From sequence record LC680885.1: 64,000 nucleotides of DNA. One strand, given 5' to 3'. Positions 8,563 to 18,853 of the stretch are shown here, piece after piece. The notes below the pieces were generated by a model. That model searched no databases. It was given only the letters and a program-made list of their open reading frames with translations, and was not told the DNA's origin. The stretch's first letter is position 1, and the number at the start of each line of letters is the position of its first letter. A program made the translations under genes and the position numbers.

Positions 8563-10452
8563 ATGAATTGGATAATGGAAAATAATACATTAAATTCGTA
8601 TATAAAGGATAATTTTAAATATTTTAAAGATGATAAATTAGAAATTGATAAAATATTTAAATTTAAAGATGATAAGACTAAAGAAAAATTTGAAATGTTT
8701 TTTAATGGAGTTATATATACATTGAAAAATTTAAGTTATAGTGAAGTATCTAAAATGTATAATGAAACAATTAAAGAGAAAAGTAATGTTCAAGGTAAAG
8801 CTGAAAGTTATATAAATTATTTAAATAATGAATTGAAAAATAGAGGACTAGATGAAGAAACTAAAAAACTTTATAAAGATTTATTAATGACTTTAAAAGC
8901 TGATTTGAAAAGATATAATGCTAATTTAGATGACAGCATTATAAATAAATTATTCAAAAATAAGAATATATCAATATCTTATTATAGTTTAATAGTACCT
9001 TATAATATTGCTAACGAAATTGAATTTAATAAAAACTATTATAGTTTTCTTGGATTAGATGATTTCACTAAATTCATAATCTTTCCATATTATCAACTTC
9101 TATATTTATCTAAAGGTAATCTAAAAAATATTCATATAAAGAATACAGACATAAATCTTCATAGTTACTTTATTGATATAATAAAGAAGTATATTAGAAA
9201 TTTAATAGATAATAAAGATTTAGATACATTAAAAGAATTATTAGACGTATTAACAAATGAGCACGAATATTTAAGATCTCTAAGACATACCGACTATAGA
9301 AAAGGTAATGGAAAAAATTTATTAGAGTTACTAATAGAAATGAATTTTAATGAATTTAAGGAAATATTATATGAAATGATATATATTATAATGAATAATA
9401 ACTTGAAAAAAGAATTAAAATCAGAAATGAATTATGATATATACAAGCATAGTATACTTTTAGTAAGTTTAATGAATAATGAGGTAGAAGAACATAGACA
9501 AACTAAATTTAATAGTAAATTTTTAATAGAGAGTAATAATACAATTAGAGCAACTGCTATTTCAGATTCATACGGTAAAAATGAGTACTACCAAAATAAC
9601 TTATTAGGTCACTATATTAATGATCTATATGTAGATAAAAATAAAATAAATAAATTTAAAAGAGTTAATAAAGTTAGAAGTTTTAAATCTTTTATTTATT
9701 TAACTAACCAAAGATGTATTATCGGTGGTGAGAAATATTATAAATACTTGTATAAATATTTATTTGATCCAAGTAATTTAACTAGAGAAGAGTTTGAAGT
9801 ATCTACATTATTAATTAAATTAATAACTTGTAAATCTAGTAATCAATTAAAGAAAGTTATGGAAAATGCTAAAACTGACTCTGTATTAAATAATATTTTA
9901 TTTGAAAATGAAATTAGTGATATAATTAAAATTGGTATACAGATGAATATTAATACTATATTCAATAAAAAAGGTTTAAGTAAAATTAATACAGTTGATT
10001 TAACTGTAGGAAATATTGTAAATCCTTTGTTATATAATAAAGCAAATGATTATGAAGAACAAACAGAAATCATTGATTCAGTATTTAAAAATTTTACTTA
10101 TGATATAGATATCAATTTTGATAAATATTATTATAAAGATTTAAATGAATATTTTGAAAATAAATTAAATTTAGGTCTTCTAAAAGAATCAAATATAGAT
10201 ATTAGTATTAATATTAATTATAATAAAATTGCAAAAACTATTGTAAATAATATTAAAGATAAGCTTAGAGGAAAATATCATTTTGAAAGGAATGAATTTA
10301 TTATTACTTACGATAAGATGAATATTACTCGTTTAACCACTACAGAATTTTGTAATGGTTTATGTGAATATTTAAGTAAATACTTCCCAGAAGAAGCTAA
10401 AAAGTTAAATAAGAGTTTTAGAGCTGAAATTGTAAATACAATGTTTAGATAA
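8563..10452 (+). CDS. Large hypothetical protein (629 aa) with degenerate C-terminal tag (..KSFRAEIVNTMFR)
   Basis: Long ORF, AAGGAG RBS; no catalytic motif recognised. Confidence 0.8.
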   Translation: MNWIMENNTLNSYIKDNFKYFKDDKLEIDKIFKFKDDKTKEKFEMFFNGVIYTLKNLSYSEVSKMYNETIKEKSNVQGKAESYINYLNNELKNRGLDEETKKLYKDLLMTLKADLKRYNANLDDSIINKLFKNKNISISYYSLIVPYNIANEIEFNKNYYSFLGLDDFTKFIIFPYYQLLYLSKGNLKNIHIKNTDINLHSYFIDIIKKYIRNLIDNKDLDTLKELLDVLTNEHEYLRSLRHTDYRKGNGKNLLELLIEMNFNEFKEILYEMIYIIMNNNLKKELKSEMNYDIYKHSILLVSLMNNEVEEHRQTKFNSKFLIESNNTIRATAISDSYGKNEYYQNNLLGHYINDLYVDKNKINKFKRVNKVRSFKSFIYLTNQRCIIGGEKYYKYLYKYLFDPSNLTREEFEVSTLLIKLITCKSSNQLKKVMENAKTDSVLNNILFENEISDIIKIGIQMNINTIFNKKGLSKINTVDLTVGNIVNPLLYNKANDYEEQTEIIDSVFKNFTYDIDINFDKYYYKDLNEYFENKLNLGLLKESNIDISININYNKIAKTIVNNIKDKLRGKYHFERNEFIITYDKMNITRLTTTEFCNGLCEYLSKYFPEEAKKLNKSFRAEIVNTMFR

Positions 10453-10468
10453 AAAGGAGAAATTAAAG

Positions 10469-11023
10469 ATGGATGTTAAAAAAACGTTTAATGCAGATAT
10501 TATGGAGACAGATAGAAGAATTTTCTATAACATTATTAACGTAGAAATGTCTCTTAGTGATAAAAGAAAAATGTATAATAAAGTCAATGATGAAAATGAG
10601 GTTTTAACATATGTATTTGATAGTTACACAGATTACGTATTGATGGAAAATGAAGGTATAATGACTATGGCAAAAGATTTAAATGATTTCATTAAACATT
10701 CTATTTTCGATTACCATTTTTCCTCTTTAATAAAACAATTTTTACCTTCGACCAACTTCCGGAATTTTGGAGATTTTGTCCTTATGTTAGAAAGAGAATT
10801 ATTTGCACCTAATCAAGAAACTTTAAGTCAATTCTCTTCAAAAGATGATATAATTTATGTGTACTATAATACTACTCTAAATAAAATAATTATTGTTGAT
10901 CACATTATGTACTTAAAAGCACTAATGGAGTACGTTAAAGAAGAAAAAGATTTCTATGAAGATTTATATATAGAATTTGAAAAAGAAGTTAAAAAATATT
11001 TAGTTGAAAATAACTTTAAATAG
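10469..11023 (+). CDS. Hypothetical protein, C-terminal tag family (..EFEKEVKKYLVENNFK)
   Basis: ORF with RBS; terminal motif. Confidence 0.8.
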   Translation: MDVKKTFNADIMETDRRIFYNIINVEMSLSDKRKMYNKVNDENEVLTYVFDSYTDYVLMENEGIMTMAKDLNDFIKHSIFDYHFSSLIKQFLPSTNFRNFGDFVLMLERELFAPNQETLSQFSSKDDIIYVYYNTTLNKIIIVDHIMYLKALMEYVKEEKDFYEDLYIEFEKEVKKYLVENNFK

Positions 11024-11040
11024 AGGAGAGATAATATTTA

Positions 11041-11781
11041 ATGAATGAATATGGTAAAATTAATAAAAAAGTTTTTAATATAGATCGTAGCAACTTTGAA
11101 GTAGTTTTAATGGACTACATGGATACTAAACAGATGAAAAATAATTACAATAGAAATATAACCGATCAAGAAAAAATTGATCGGTTAATACCTTTAATTA
11201 AACAACAAGAAAATGAACAAGATGAGGGTAGAATATTTGAAAATGCTAGAAGATATGAACTTCTTTTAGCTAAAACATTTGAATACTCTCTTAATGGAAA
11301 ATTAGAATTATACAAATTAAAAGAAGTATTAAATTATTACGAAGAAAAAAATCTTTTTAATATAGTATATCCAAATTTTAAATACACTTTTAATGTAGTT
11401 TCACCCAGTAAAGAGTATTCCTTATTGTCTTTAAAAACTAAAATATTTTTAATTATAGAAACTATTATAGACTTTATTAAAAATGATTATGTAGAAGATA
11501 ATCTTTCTATTAAGTTAATTTTAAATTCAGAAGAAATAATGATTGATACACTTGATTTAAACGAAAAATCATTGTATAATATCTTTAATCTATCAAGTAA
11601 ATATACAAATGAATTATTATCTTATAATGGAGATTATTTGTTCTCACATGATCAAATAAAACGTATAGAAAATATAAATAATATTTTATTTAACGATATA
11701 TACAAAGATAAAGATAAAGAAATTTTAGAATTTTTATCTAAGAAAGTAAAAAATAAATACATTTCAAAATATTTTAAATAA
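11041..11781 (+). CDS. Hypothetical protein with degenerate C-terminal tag (..SKKVKNKYISKYFK)
   Basis: ORF with RBS. Confidence 0.75.
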   Translation: MNEYGKINKKVFNIDRSNFEVVLMDYMDTKQMKNNYNRNITDQEKIDRLIPLIKQQENEQDEGRIFENARRYELLLAKTFEYSLNGKLELYKLKEVLNYYEEKNLFNIVYPNFKYTFNVVSPSKEYSLLSLKTKIFLIIETIIDFIKNDYVEDNLSIKLILNSEEIMIDTLDLNEKSLYNIFNLSSKYTNELLSYNGDYLFSHDQIKRIENINNILFNDIYKDKDKEILEFLSKKVKNKYISKYFK

Positions 11782-11798
11782 ACAGGAGTGAATAGGAT

Positions 11799-12968
11799 AT
11801 GTCAAATTTAACTATGCAAGAAAAAGACTTAATTATGATTGAAAATAAGTATAATAGATTTTTAGATAAAAAGGAAAAGATAATGAATAAAGAAACAGAC
11901 TTTATTAAAATTGCATTTGAAGAATTAATGGACTTCATTGTACATTTTGGTCATAATAAATTCTTTAAATCAGACACAATATTTTATAGATATTATGATG
12001 GAATGTTAGAGAATTATAAAATAGAATTAAATAAAATATCTAAAGTGGAAGATGATTTAGTACTAACGTATTTAAATAAAATTATTAATGATACTGATAA
12101 AGTTGAATTCTATAATAACATGAAGAAAATTTCAGAAAGTTATAGTAAAGAAAAATTAATCGTATCTATATCATATATAAAAGCTTTGGACTTCTATATA
12201 CACATGATGCGAAATGAAGAATTAATGAGTGATATGGGATCTCTTACAGTTCATCCTTACGATTTTAATAAACGATTAATAAGTGAATATAAAAAAGATA
12301 ATATATTTTGGAAAAAACTAAGTGATGAAGAAAAGTCAAATGCAATTCAAATGTCTAATATATATTTTGAAGGTATTGAAAATAAAGAAATTGGTAGATT
12401 TACCACTGAACATATAAACAGTGAAAAAGAAGGAACTGCATTTAATTTTAATATAAATACATTTCATAAATTCTTTGATCAATTTGTATCTTTGGATATA
12501 GCTTATACGGATGGTTTAATATTTAATTTAATGATGAATAGTAATATCAATAAATATTATGAGAGATACTATAAAGAAATAGATCATGATATCTTCAATG
12601 CTAGTTATATTTCTGATAAATATGAATATGAAAACTTAGAAAAAGATAAATTTTTAAAAACTTTAAATCGTATAGATATGTTTTATGATATAAATGTACC
12701 TTTATATATTTATAATAGTGAAGAACCATCAAATAAAAAATACTATAATTATCTAACTGCTATGAAGTCTTTTGCTTTAAATGATTTGGTTAATCGTTAT
12801 TATGATTCTTATGAATATATAGAATATTTTAGCGAAGTTAATGTCAATGATTCTTTCACGTTAGATATGTTAAGTGACGATGATGAAAGTGAATCAAATT
12901 ATTTTGAAGAATTGTTTAAAAAAATAAAGAAAGAAAATGAAGAAAGACAATGGTTACAAGCTTTTTAA
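11799..12968 (+). CDS. Hypothetical protein (389 aa)
   Basis: Long ORF with GGAG RBS. Confidence 0.8.
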   Translation: MSNLTMQEKDLIMIENKYNRFLDKKEKIMNKETDFIKIAFEELMDFIVHFGHNKFFKSDTIFYRYYDGMLENYKIELNKISKVEDDLVLTYLNKIINDTDKVEFYNNMKKISESYSKEKLIVSISYIKALDFYIHMMRNEELMSDMGSLTVHPYDFNKRLISEYKKDNIFWKKLSDEEKSNAIQMSNIYFEGIENKEIGRFTTEHINSEKEGTAFNFNINTFHKFFDQFVSLDIAYTDGLIFNLMMNSNINKYYERYYKEIDHDIFNASYISDKYEYENLEKDKFLKTLNRIDMFYDINVPLYIYNSEEPSNKKYYNYLTAMKSFALNDLVNRYYDSYEYIEYFSEVNVNDSFTLDMLSDDDESESNYFEELFKKIKKENEERQWLQAF

Positions 12969-13001
12969 AAATGAATTAAAAAGATAGAGAGGAGAAAATT
13001 T

Positions 13002-13187
13002 ATGACATTTTTAATTGGTATCTTAACTATTATTTTAATTTGTTTAGTGATAATAGGAGTGTTTTTATTTGTATCAGGTCTGATAAGTTTGTTACTTTCA
13101 ACAAGTAATTTTGAAGAAGATATAATAACAACGAGTATATCAGGTTTATTTGCCATCATATTCTTTCTTATACTGTCATCGTTCTAA
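13002..13187 (+). CDS. Small 2-TM protein
   Basis: GAGGAG RBS; TM-acidic loop-TM. Confidence 0.7.
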   Translation: MTFLIGILTIILICLVIIGVFLFVSGLISLLLSTSNFEEDIITTSISGLFAIIFFLILSSF

Positions 13188-13221
13188 CAAAAATATTTTT
13201 TAATAAAAAGGAGAGAAAATT

Positions 13222-13449
13222 ATGTTTGCTTTATTAGGAATATTAGCAATAATATTTTTATTATTAATATTTATAGGTTTACCTTTATTTGTCATGGGAG
13301 TAGCTTGCATATTTATGTCACTTTATGAAATCTTTGTGGAAAAAGAAAAAGATATTGATATGCTACTGACATCAACTTATATAACTCTCGGTTCATCAAT
13401 GGCATTAGGTTTAGCTATCTTTATATCATTTTGTGTTGAAAACATGTAA
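13222..13449 (+). CDS. Small 2-TM protein (paralog-like of 13002)
   Basis: AAGGAG RBS; LLGILAII / LIGILTII similarity. Confidence 0.7.
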   Translation: MFALLGILAIIFLLLIFIGLPLFVMGVACIFMSLYEIFVEKEKDIDMLLTSTYITLGSSMALGLAIFISFCVENM

Positions 13450-13476
13450 TCATTTAAAATAAAAAGGAGAAATATT

Positions 13477-15468
13477 ATGTTAAAATTTAATGAAATTAAT
13501 GAAAGTAATTTAGATGACGTACAAAAATATTTAGAGGAGCAATCTTATGTATATTATAATACATCAGATCAACCAGAATTAACTGATGAAGAATTTGACA
13601 AACTATTAAGAGAATACGAAAAGTTCCGTCCATTTAATGGCGGAGCTTTACCTTCTAAAGGTAAAAAATTAGTAGATGTTTCACATGAATATCCTGAATT
13701 AGTAGGAACAGTTTCTAAGGTTAATTCAGTTGAAGAATTAGCTGAATGGATTGAAGAAAAAGGACTAATTAATAGAGAATTATTAATTACACAGAAATAT
13801 GATGGTAATTCAGTATTAGTTATTTTAACTACTAAAGGAGATTATTTAGTAACTAAATCAGCATTAACTAGAGGTAAAGATGGTAAAGGTGCTGACTTAA
13901 CTGACTTCTTCAGTCATATTAAAATTAAAAAATCAGATGTCGATATTAATGCAGTTGATTTATCTGAAGACGATATTGATATCGCTATTAAGTGTGAAGC
14001 AGTAATGAGTTATAGTAACTTTAATAAGATTGATGAAGAGTATGCTAACCCTAGATCAATCGTTGCAGGATTATTAAACTCAGATGATGGATATAAGAAA
14101 CGTAAGTTAATTAATTTATTACCATTGAGAATTAATATTAGTAATAAAGAATTAACTCGACAAGAAGAATTAAATTTAATTTCAGCAATTACTAGTCATA
14201 GTACTGTATTTGATCAGCTTGATCCACAGTATAATTTTGTTATGGAAGATGAACACGATTATAAAGACTTTAATGAATTATATCATCAGATAGCTGATGA
14301 AAGAGAGTATTATGAATACATGATTGATGGATTAGTTATTGAAGCTCTTGATGAAGATGATAGAAATCGTTTAGGTAGATTAAATGATCGTAATAAGTTT
14401 GATGTAGCATTGAAATTCCCATATATGACTAAAAAGACTAATGTTATTGATATTGAATTTGATGTATCTGAAAATGGTACAGGTAGATATACACCTGTAG
14501 TTAGATTTGAACCTATTTATTTTAATGGTGCTAAATGTGAAAGAGTTTCTATTTCTAACTATAAACGTTTTAAAGAACTTCAATTAGTTAAAGGACAAGA
14601 AGTTATTATTGAATATCGTAATGATGTTTTGAGTTATTTAACTCCATCTCCTACTAACGAAATTACTGGAGAACCTATACCGTTCATTAAAGAGTGTGTA
14701 TACTGTGGTGAAGAACTTGAAGTTAATGAAAATGAAACATTTGTATCATGTATTAATAACGATTGTGAATGTAGAGTATTAGGTATTATTAACAACTATG
14801 TAGATAAAATGAGTATTAAAGGAATTGAATATTCTACTATTAATAAGCTTTATAAAGGTAACAAACTACCTAACGGAATCCAAAGTTTATATGAAATTGA
14901 TAAAAACGATATTATGCAAGTAGATACTTTTAAAGAAAAATCAGCTCAGAATATTATTAATACAATTCATAAAAATAAAGAATATTATGACTATGATGTA
15001 TTAGGTTCATTAGGATTAAATGGAGTTGGAAGAACTACATTTAAATTAGTTACTAAAGTCTATGATCCACAAGAAATAGATTATACAGATTTAAGTATTA
15101 AAGATTTAACTTCTATTAAAGGAATCGCTGATATTACTGCTGAGATTATTATTAATGGTTATAAACAGAATAAAGATTTAATTGAATTCTTATTTAATGA
15201 ATTGGATGTTAAATCACTTAAAAAAGAAATGGAAGCTAATAAAGATGATTCAGTTGAGCCAATGAATATTGTATTTAGTGGATTTAGAGATGCTGAATTT
15301 AAAGAACAGTTAGAACTTAAAGGTCATAAAGTAACTTCATCAGTTTCAGGTAAGACTGATTTATTAGTTACTCCAGATCCAAATTCAGGTTCATCTAAGA
15401 TTAATAAAGCTAAAGAAAAAGGTATCAAGATCATTGATATTGAAAGTTCTAAAGGTGAGTTGTTATAA
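13477..15468 (+). CDS. ligA: NAD-dependent DNA ligase
   Basis: YYN..(P)..TDEEFD NAD-binding domain, KYDG adenylation motif, TRG.DG, NPR, DGLVI, ALKF, C4 Zn finger, HhH repeats, C-terminal BRCT (VSGKTDLLV). Confidence 0.95.
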   Translation: MLKFNEINESNLDDVQKYLEEQSYVYYNTSDQPELTDEEFDKLLREYEKFRPFNGGALPSKGKKLVDVSHEYPELVGTVSKVNSVEELAEWIEEKGLINRELLITQKYDGNSVLVILTTKGDYLVTKSALTRGKDGKGADLTDFFSHIKIKKSDVDINAVDLSEDDIDIAIKCEAVMSYSNFNKIDEEYANPRSIVAGLLNSDDGYKKRKLINLLPLRINISNKELTRQEELNLISAITSHSTVFDQLDPQYNFVMEDEHDYKDFNELYHQIADEREYYEYMIDGLVIEALDEDDRNRLGRLNDRNKFDVALKFPYMTKKTNVIDIEFDVSENGTGRYTPVVRFEPIYFNGAKCERVSISNYKRFKELQLVKGQEVIIEYRNDVLSYLTPSPTNEITGEPIPFIKECVYCGEELEVNENETFVSCINNDCECRVLGIINNYVDKMSIKGIEYSTINKLYKGNKLPNGIQSLYEIDKNDIMQVDTFKEKSAQNIINTIHKNKEYYDYDVLGSLGLNGVGRTTFKLVTKVYDPQEIDYTDLSIKDLTSIKGIADITAEIIINGYKQNKDLIEFLFNELDVKSLKKEMEANKDDSVEPMNIVFSGFRDAEFKEQLELKGHKVTSSVSGKTDLLVTPDPNSGSSKINKAKEKGIKIIDIESSKGELL

Positions 15469-15915
15469 ATGAAATATTATAAGGTTAATTATAATGGTAT
15501 ATTGAAAATATTGAATCTAGATGATTTTGAAGATGATAGAATTATTGAAACACTTAGTAATATTGAGTTATATTTAAAAGAAGATGAAGAAATTAGATTA
15601 TTGGATTTATTTAAAAAGCCAACTATAGCAATGGACACTCGAATTACAAAAGAAAGAGATAACCTTTATATGAATGGTCATCTCTTTTTAGAAGTTGAGA
15701 ATGCATCATGTAAACTATGGAGTTACCATATTAATTTAAATGGTGACGAAACATTAAATGAAATATATGAAAGGATATATAACGGATACGATAAAATTTT
15801 CTCTTTTAATAAAATGAGAGAAGATGGTCTATTATTTTTATATGAATATGAACATTATACAGAAATATCTGAAAAAGAATATAAAGAAAATAAGGTTAAA
15901 GAAAATTTTAAATAA
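15469..15915 (+). CDS. KYY...EKEYK..FK family protein
   Basis: Starts MKYYKV, ends TEISEKEYKENKVKENFK. Confidence 0.8.
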   Translation: MKYYKVNYNGILKILNLDDFEDDRIIETLSNIELYLKEDEEIRLLDLFKKPTIAMDTRITKERDNLYMNGHLFLEVENASCKLWSYHINLNGDETLNEIYERIYNGYDKIFSFNKMREDGLLFLYEYEHYTEISEKEYKENKVKENFK

Positions 15916-15933
15916 AAAAGGAGATTTTAAATT

Positions 15934-16386
15934 ATGAAATATTATATTTTAACACAACAGGGGATTGCTGAAGTTTTAGGTATTGATAGTGAATCGGTTT
16001 ATTGCTATAGAAATTTATTTAGAGATGATGAATTATATTTAAAAGAAGATGAAGAAATTAAATTTTCAGAAATTATTACTAATCAAACACCGGATATAGA
16101 ATACAAAGTTGTTGGAACAAATAAAGATACCGTAACAGTGATAGCTTATATGGAAATAGATTTAGGTGAAGGAGATTATCATCAAATTGGATCTTGCAGA
16201 ATGAAATTAGATAAAGATAGAACTCTAGAAGAAGTATACAATATTGTATATGAGAAAATGTCCAATAGAACTTTTTCATTCAATAAAGCTAAAGAAATGG
16301 GTATATCTTTATATGAAGAGAGTGATTATGAAGAAGTATCTAAAAAAGAATATAAAAAATACAAAGTAGAGAATAATTTTAAATAA
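15934..16386 (+). CDS. KYY...EKEYK..FK family protein
   Basis: Starts MKYYIL, ends EEVSKKEYKKYKVENNFK; full-length paralog of 16903 and 15469. Confidence 0.8.
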   Translation: MKYYILTQQGIAEVLGIDSESVYCYRNLFRDDELYLKEDEEIKFSEIITNQTPDIEYKVVGTNKDTVTVIAYMEIDLGEGDYHQIGSCRMKLDKDRTLEEVYNIVYEKMSNRTFSFNKAKEMGISLYEESDYEEVSKKEYKKYKVENNFK

Positions 16387-16406
16387 TGGAATGAGTTGTT
16401 ATTGTT

Positions 16407-16886
16407 ATGGAAAAATATTATAGATTAACTTTAGAGGGTGTTAGTTTTATTTTAAATGATTGTGAAGAAAACGATATAGTTAAATCAACTTATAATGAAG
16501 ATGAAAATTATGTACATTTAGAATCTTTATTAAATGTAGGAATGCCTTATGAAACTATATATTTTAAAGATAGACATAAAATAGTATTTAAAGAAAATGA
16601 AAATATATTCAAGACATTGATAAATTCAATTAAAAATAAATATTATGACTTTGATGATAAAAATATGGAATTTCAAGTAGGCATTGGTGATGATGAAATA
16701 AAGGTCAAATCACCGATGCCAGTATTTTCTAAAGTGAATATATTTAATTTTAAAGTTAATAAAGAAATGGACATTATTGATTTTATGGACAATTATAAAA
16801 TTAATGTATTAATTAAAGATAAGCATTACATTGAAATTACTGAAAAAGAATATAAAAATATTATAATTAAAAATACATTTAAATAA
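16407..16886 (+). CDS. KYY...EKEYK..FK family protein
   Basis: Starts MEKYYRL, ends IEITEKEYKNIIIKNTFK. Confidence 0.8.
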   Translation: MEKYYRLTLEGVSFILNDCEENDIVKSTYNEDENYVHLESLLNVGMPYETIYFKDRHKIVFKENENIFKTLINSIKNKYYDFDDKNMEFQVGIGDDEIKVKSPMPVFSKVNIFNFKVNKEMDIIDFMDNYKINVLIKDKHYIEITEKEYKNIIIKNTFK

Positions 16887-16902
16887 TAAGGAGATTTTAT
16901 AA

Positions 16903-17361
16903 TTGAAATATTATGAATTTAATAAAAAAGGAATTATTAAAATATTAGGATTAGATACAGCTTATTTAAGAGAAGATGAAGATATTTTTAGAGAAGGAAA
17001 TCTTTATTTAAAAGAAAATGAATCAATAAAAATAAAAGATATTATAACAAATAAAAAAGATATGAAATTTAATTGCAGTCTTTATGAAGGATCTGAAGAT
17101 AGCTCATTAATGAAAGCTAATTTAACTTTCAGACATGGGTCAGGGCAACTTTTATTGAATATTGAATATATTGATTTAAAAGAAATAAAAGATCACACTG
17201 TTGAAGAAGTTTACAAATACGCTAAAGATTTAGTTTTAAATAAAACATTTTCTTTTAATAAAGCTGAAGAGCTTGGTATATGTTTATATGAAGGAAAAGA
17301 ATATGAAGAAATTACTGAGGAAGAATATAAAAAATACAAAGTAGAAAATACTTTTAAATAA
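16903..17361 (+). CDS. KYY...EKEYK..FK family protein
   Basis: Starts MKYYEF (TTG), ends EEITEEEYKKYKVENTFK. Confidence 0.8.
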   Translation: MKYYEFNKKGIIKILGLDTAYLREDEDIFREGNLYLKENESIKIKDIITNKKDMKFNCSLYEGSEDSSLMKANLTFRHGSGQLLLNIEYIDLKEIKDHTVEEVYKYAKDLVLNKTFSFNKAEELGICLYEGKEYEEITEEEYKKYKVENTFK

Positions 17362-17381
17362 TGAAATGAGGTGTTATTGTT

Positions 17382-17831
17382 ATGGACAAATATTATAAAT
17401 TAACAGCGGAAGGTATATTTGATGTTTTCAAATTAGATAAAAAACACATTATATTCCCAGAAGATAAAAATACAATAATAGATTTCAGATCAAAGGAAGA
17501 ACGTATAGAGAAAATTAATGAACTTATATACTTTAAAGATAATCAAGAAATAACAATAAACTCATTATCTAATTTAACAGACAATATCGTAATAGATAAA
17601 TCAGGTTCTAAATATACATTTAACCATTTAATAGAAATATCATTCACTACTTTTAGTCATAAAAAAAGATATAACAAAACAATCAATGTACCGAATGTAT
17701 TTAAAGGAACTGTAAGAGAAAATAGTAGTAGAAGTGCCTTAGATATACCGATAGATATCAACAATATTGATAAAATAGAATTAACATTTAAAGAATATAA
17801 AGATCTAGTAATAAAAGAAACTTTTAAATAA
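17382..17831 (+). CDS. KYY...EKEYK..FK family protein
   Basis: Starts MDKYYKL, ends IELTFKEYKDLVIKETFK. Confidence 0.8.
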   Translation: MDKYYKLTAEGIFDVFKLDKKHIIFPEDKNTIIDFRSKEERIEKINELIYFKDNQEITINSLSNLTDNIVIDKSGSKYTFNHLIEISFTTFSHKKRYNKTINVPNVFKGTVRENSSRSALDIPIDINNIDKIELTFKEYKDLVIKETFK

Positions 17832-17847
17832 TAAGGAGATTTTATAA

Positions 17848-18297
17848 TTGAAATATTATAAATTAAATAAGGATGGTTATATTAAATTTTTAGGGTTAGA
17901 TGTTTTGCCTGGACTTAAAACCTCAATTGTTGAAAAAGAAATAAAAAATAAAAACTTCATTGTCAAATATTGCAATGGAGCAGATTTTTGTTTTACATTA
18001 GATGAAATTAATAAAATGAAAAACAAAGATATTTACCCTAAACTTGGATTTGAAAGTCTAACTGAAAAAGTTAATCATGAAATAGAAAATAATCCAATAG
18101 TATTTGTTAATAGAAAATATGAAGATGCTAAAGCTTTAATTCATGTAGATTTAATTATTAATAATGAAGAAACTACATTAATGACTATGCCAAGATTTAA
18201 TATTAATTTTTTAAATCATAATTTGTATATGGAACACTTTGATGAAATAACAGAGAAACAGTATAAAAATATTATGGTAAAAGATTCATTTAAGTAA
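17848..18297 (+). CDS. KYY...EKEYK..FK family protein
   Basis: Starts MKYYKL (TTG), ends DEITEKQYKNIMVKDSFK. Confidence 0.8.
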   Translation: MKYYKLNKDGYIKFLGLDVLPGLKTSIVEKEIKNKNFIVKYCNGADFCFTLDEINKMKNKDIYPKLGFESLTEKVNHEIENNPIVFVNRKYEDAKALIHVDLIINNEETTLMTMPRFNINFLNHNLYMEHFDEITEKQYKNIMVKDSFK

Positions 18298-18310
18298 AAC
18301 TCAATTTAAA

Positions 18311-18357
18311 TATATATTATAAAATTGTGAAAGATGTATGATACTTATACATCTTTC
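18311..18357 (+). promoter_or_regulatory. Early-type promoter plus stem-loop
   Basis: TATATATTAT; GAAAGATGTAT / ATACATCTTTC. Confidence 0.6.
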
Positions 18358-18379
18358 TAAAATATTTATTTAAAGAGAG

Positions 18380-18808
18380 GTGAAAAAGATAATGAGTTCT
18401 AATTTTGATTATTATATATTGCAATCGAGTATTTCAGAAGCTAGAAAAAGGATTAAGAATAATCTAGATGTAAATGGATATATGGTTATAAGACAAATAT
18501 TTTTCAGTCATTTAGATTATAAAGATTATTATAATATGTATCATAAAGTAAATAATGTAGAAGATTATTACAATGATATTATATTAGAAAGTATTAAGGA
18601 TATTATATTTGATGAAGAAGGTAAACTTAATGAAGAAGTAGCATTTAGTTTAATTAGAGGTTCTAATTCGAATATATGTGCTTTAATTAAAGATAATAAA
18701 GGCAATTACAAAATTTATAAAAAAGATAAATATGTAATTAAAGCTATAGAAGATTTATTATCTGAGAAAGATTATAAAAGAATATTGGTTAAAAATACTT
18801 TTAAATAA
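18380..18808 (+). CDS. C-terminal tag family protein
   Basis: Ends DLLSEKDYKRILVKNTFK. Confidence 0.75.
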   Translation: MKKIMSSNFDYYILQSSISEARKRIKNNLDVNGYMVIRQIFFSHLDYKDYYNMYHKVNNVEDYYNDIILESIKDIIFDEEGKLNEEVAFSLIRGSNSNICALIKDNKGNYKIYKKDKYVIKAIEDLLSEKDYKRILVKNTFK

Positions 18809-18853
18809 TTTGAAAGTGAATGCAACTTACTTTTATTATATTACAAGTGAGAG

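Noticed and set aside
8563-12968. Assignment of the large hypotheticals as phage-nucleus shell or sigma-like RNAP subunit
   Set aside because: No motif I can recognise supports either; needs a profile or structure search.
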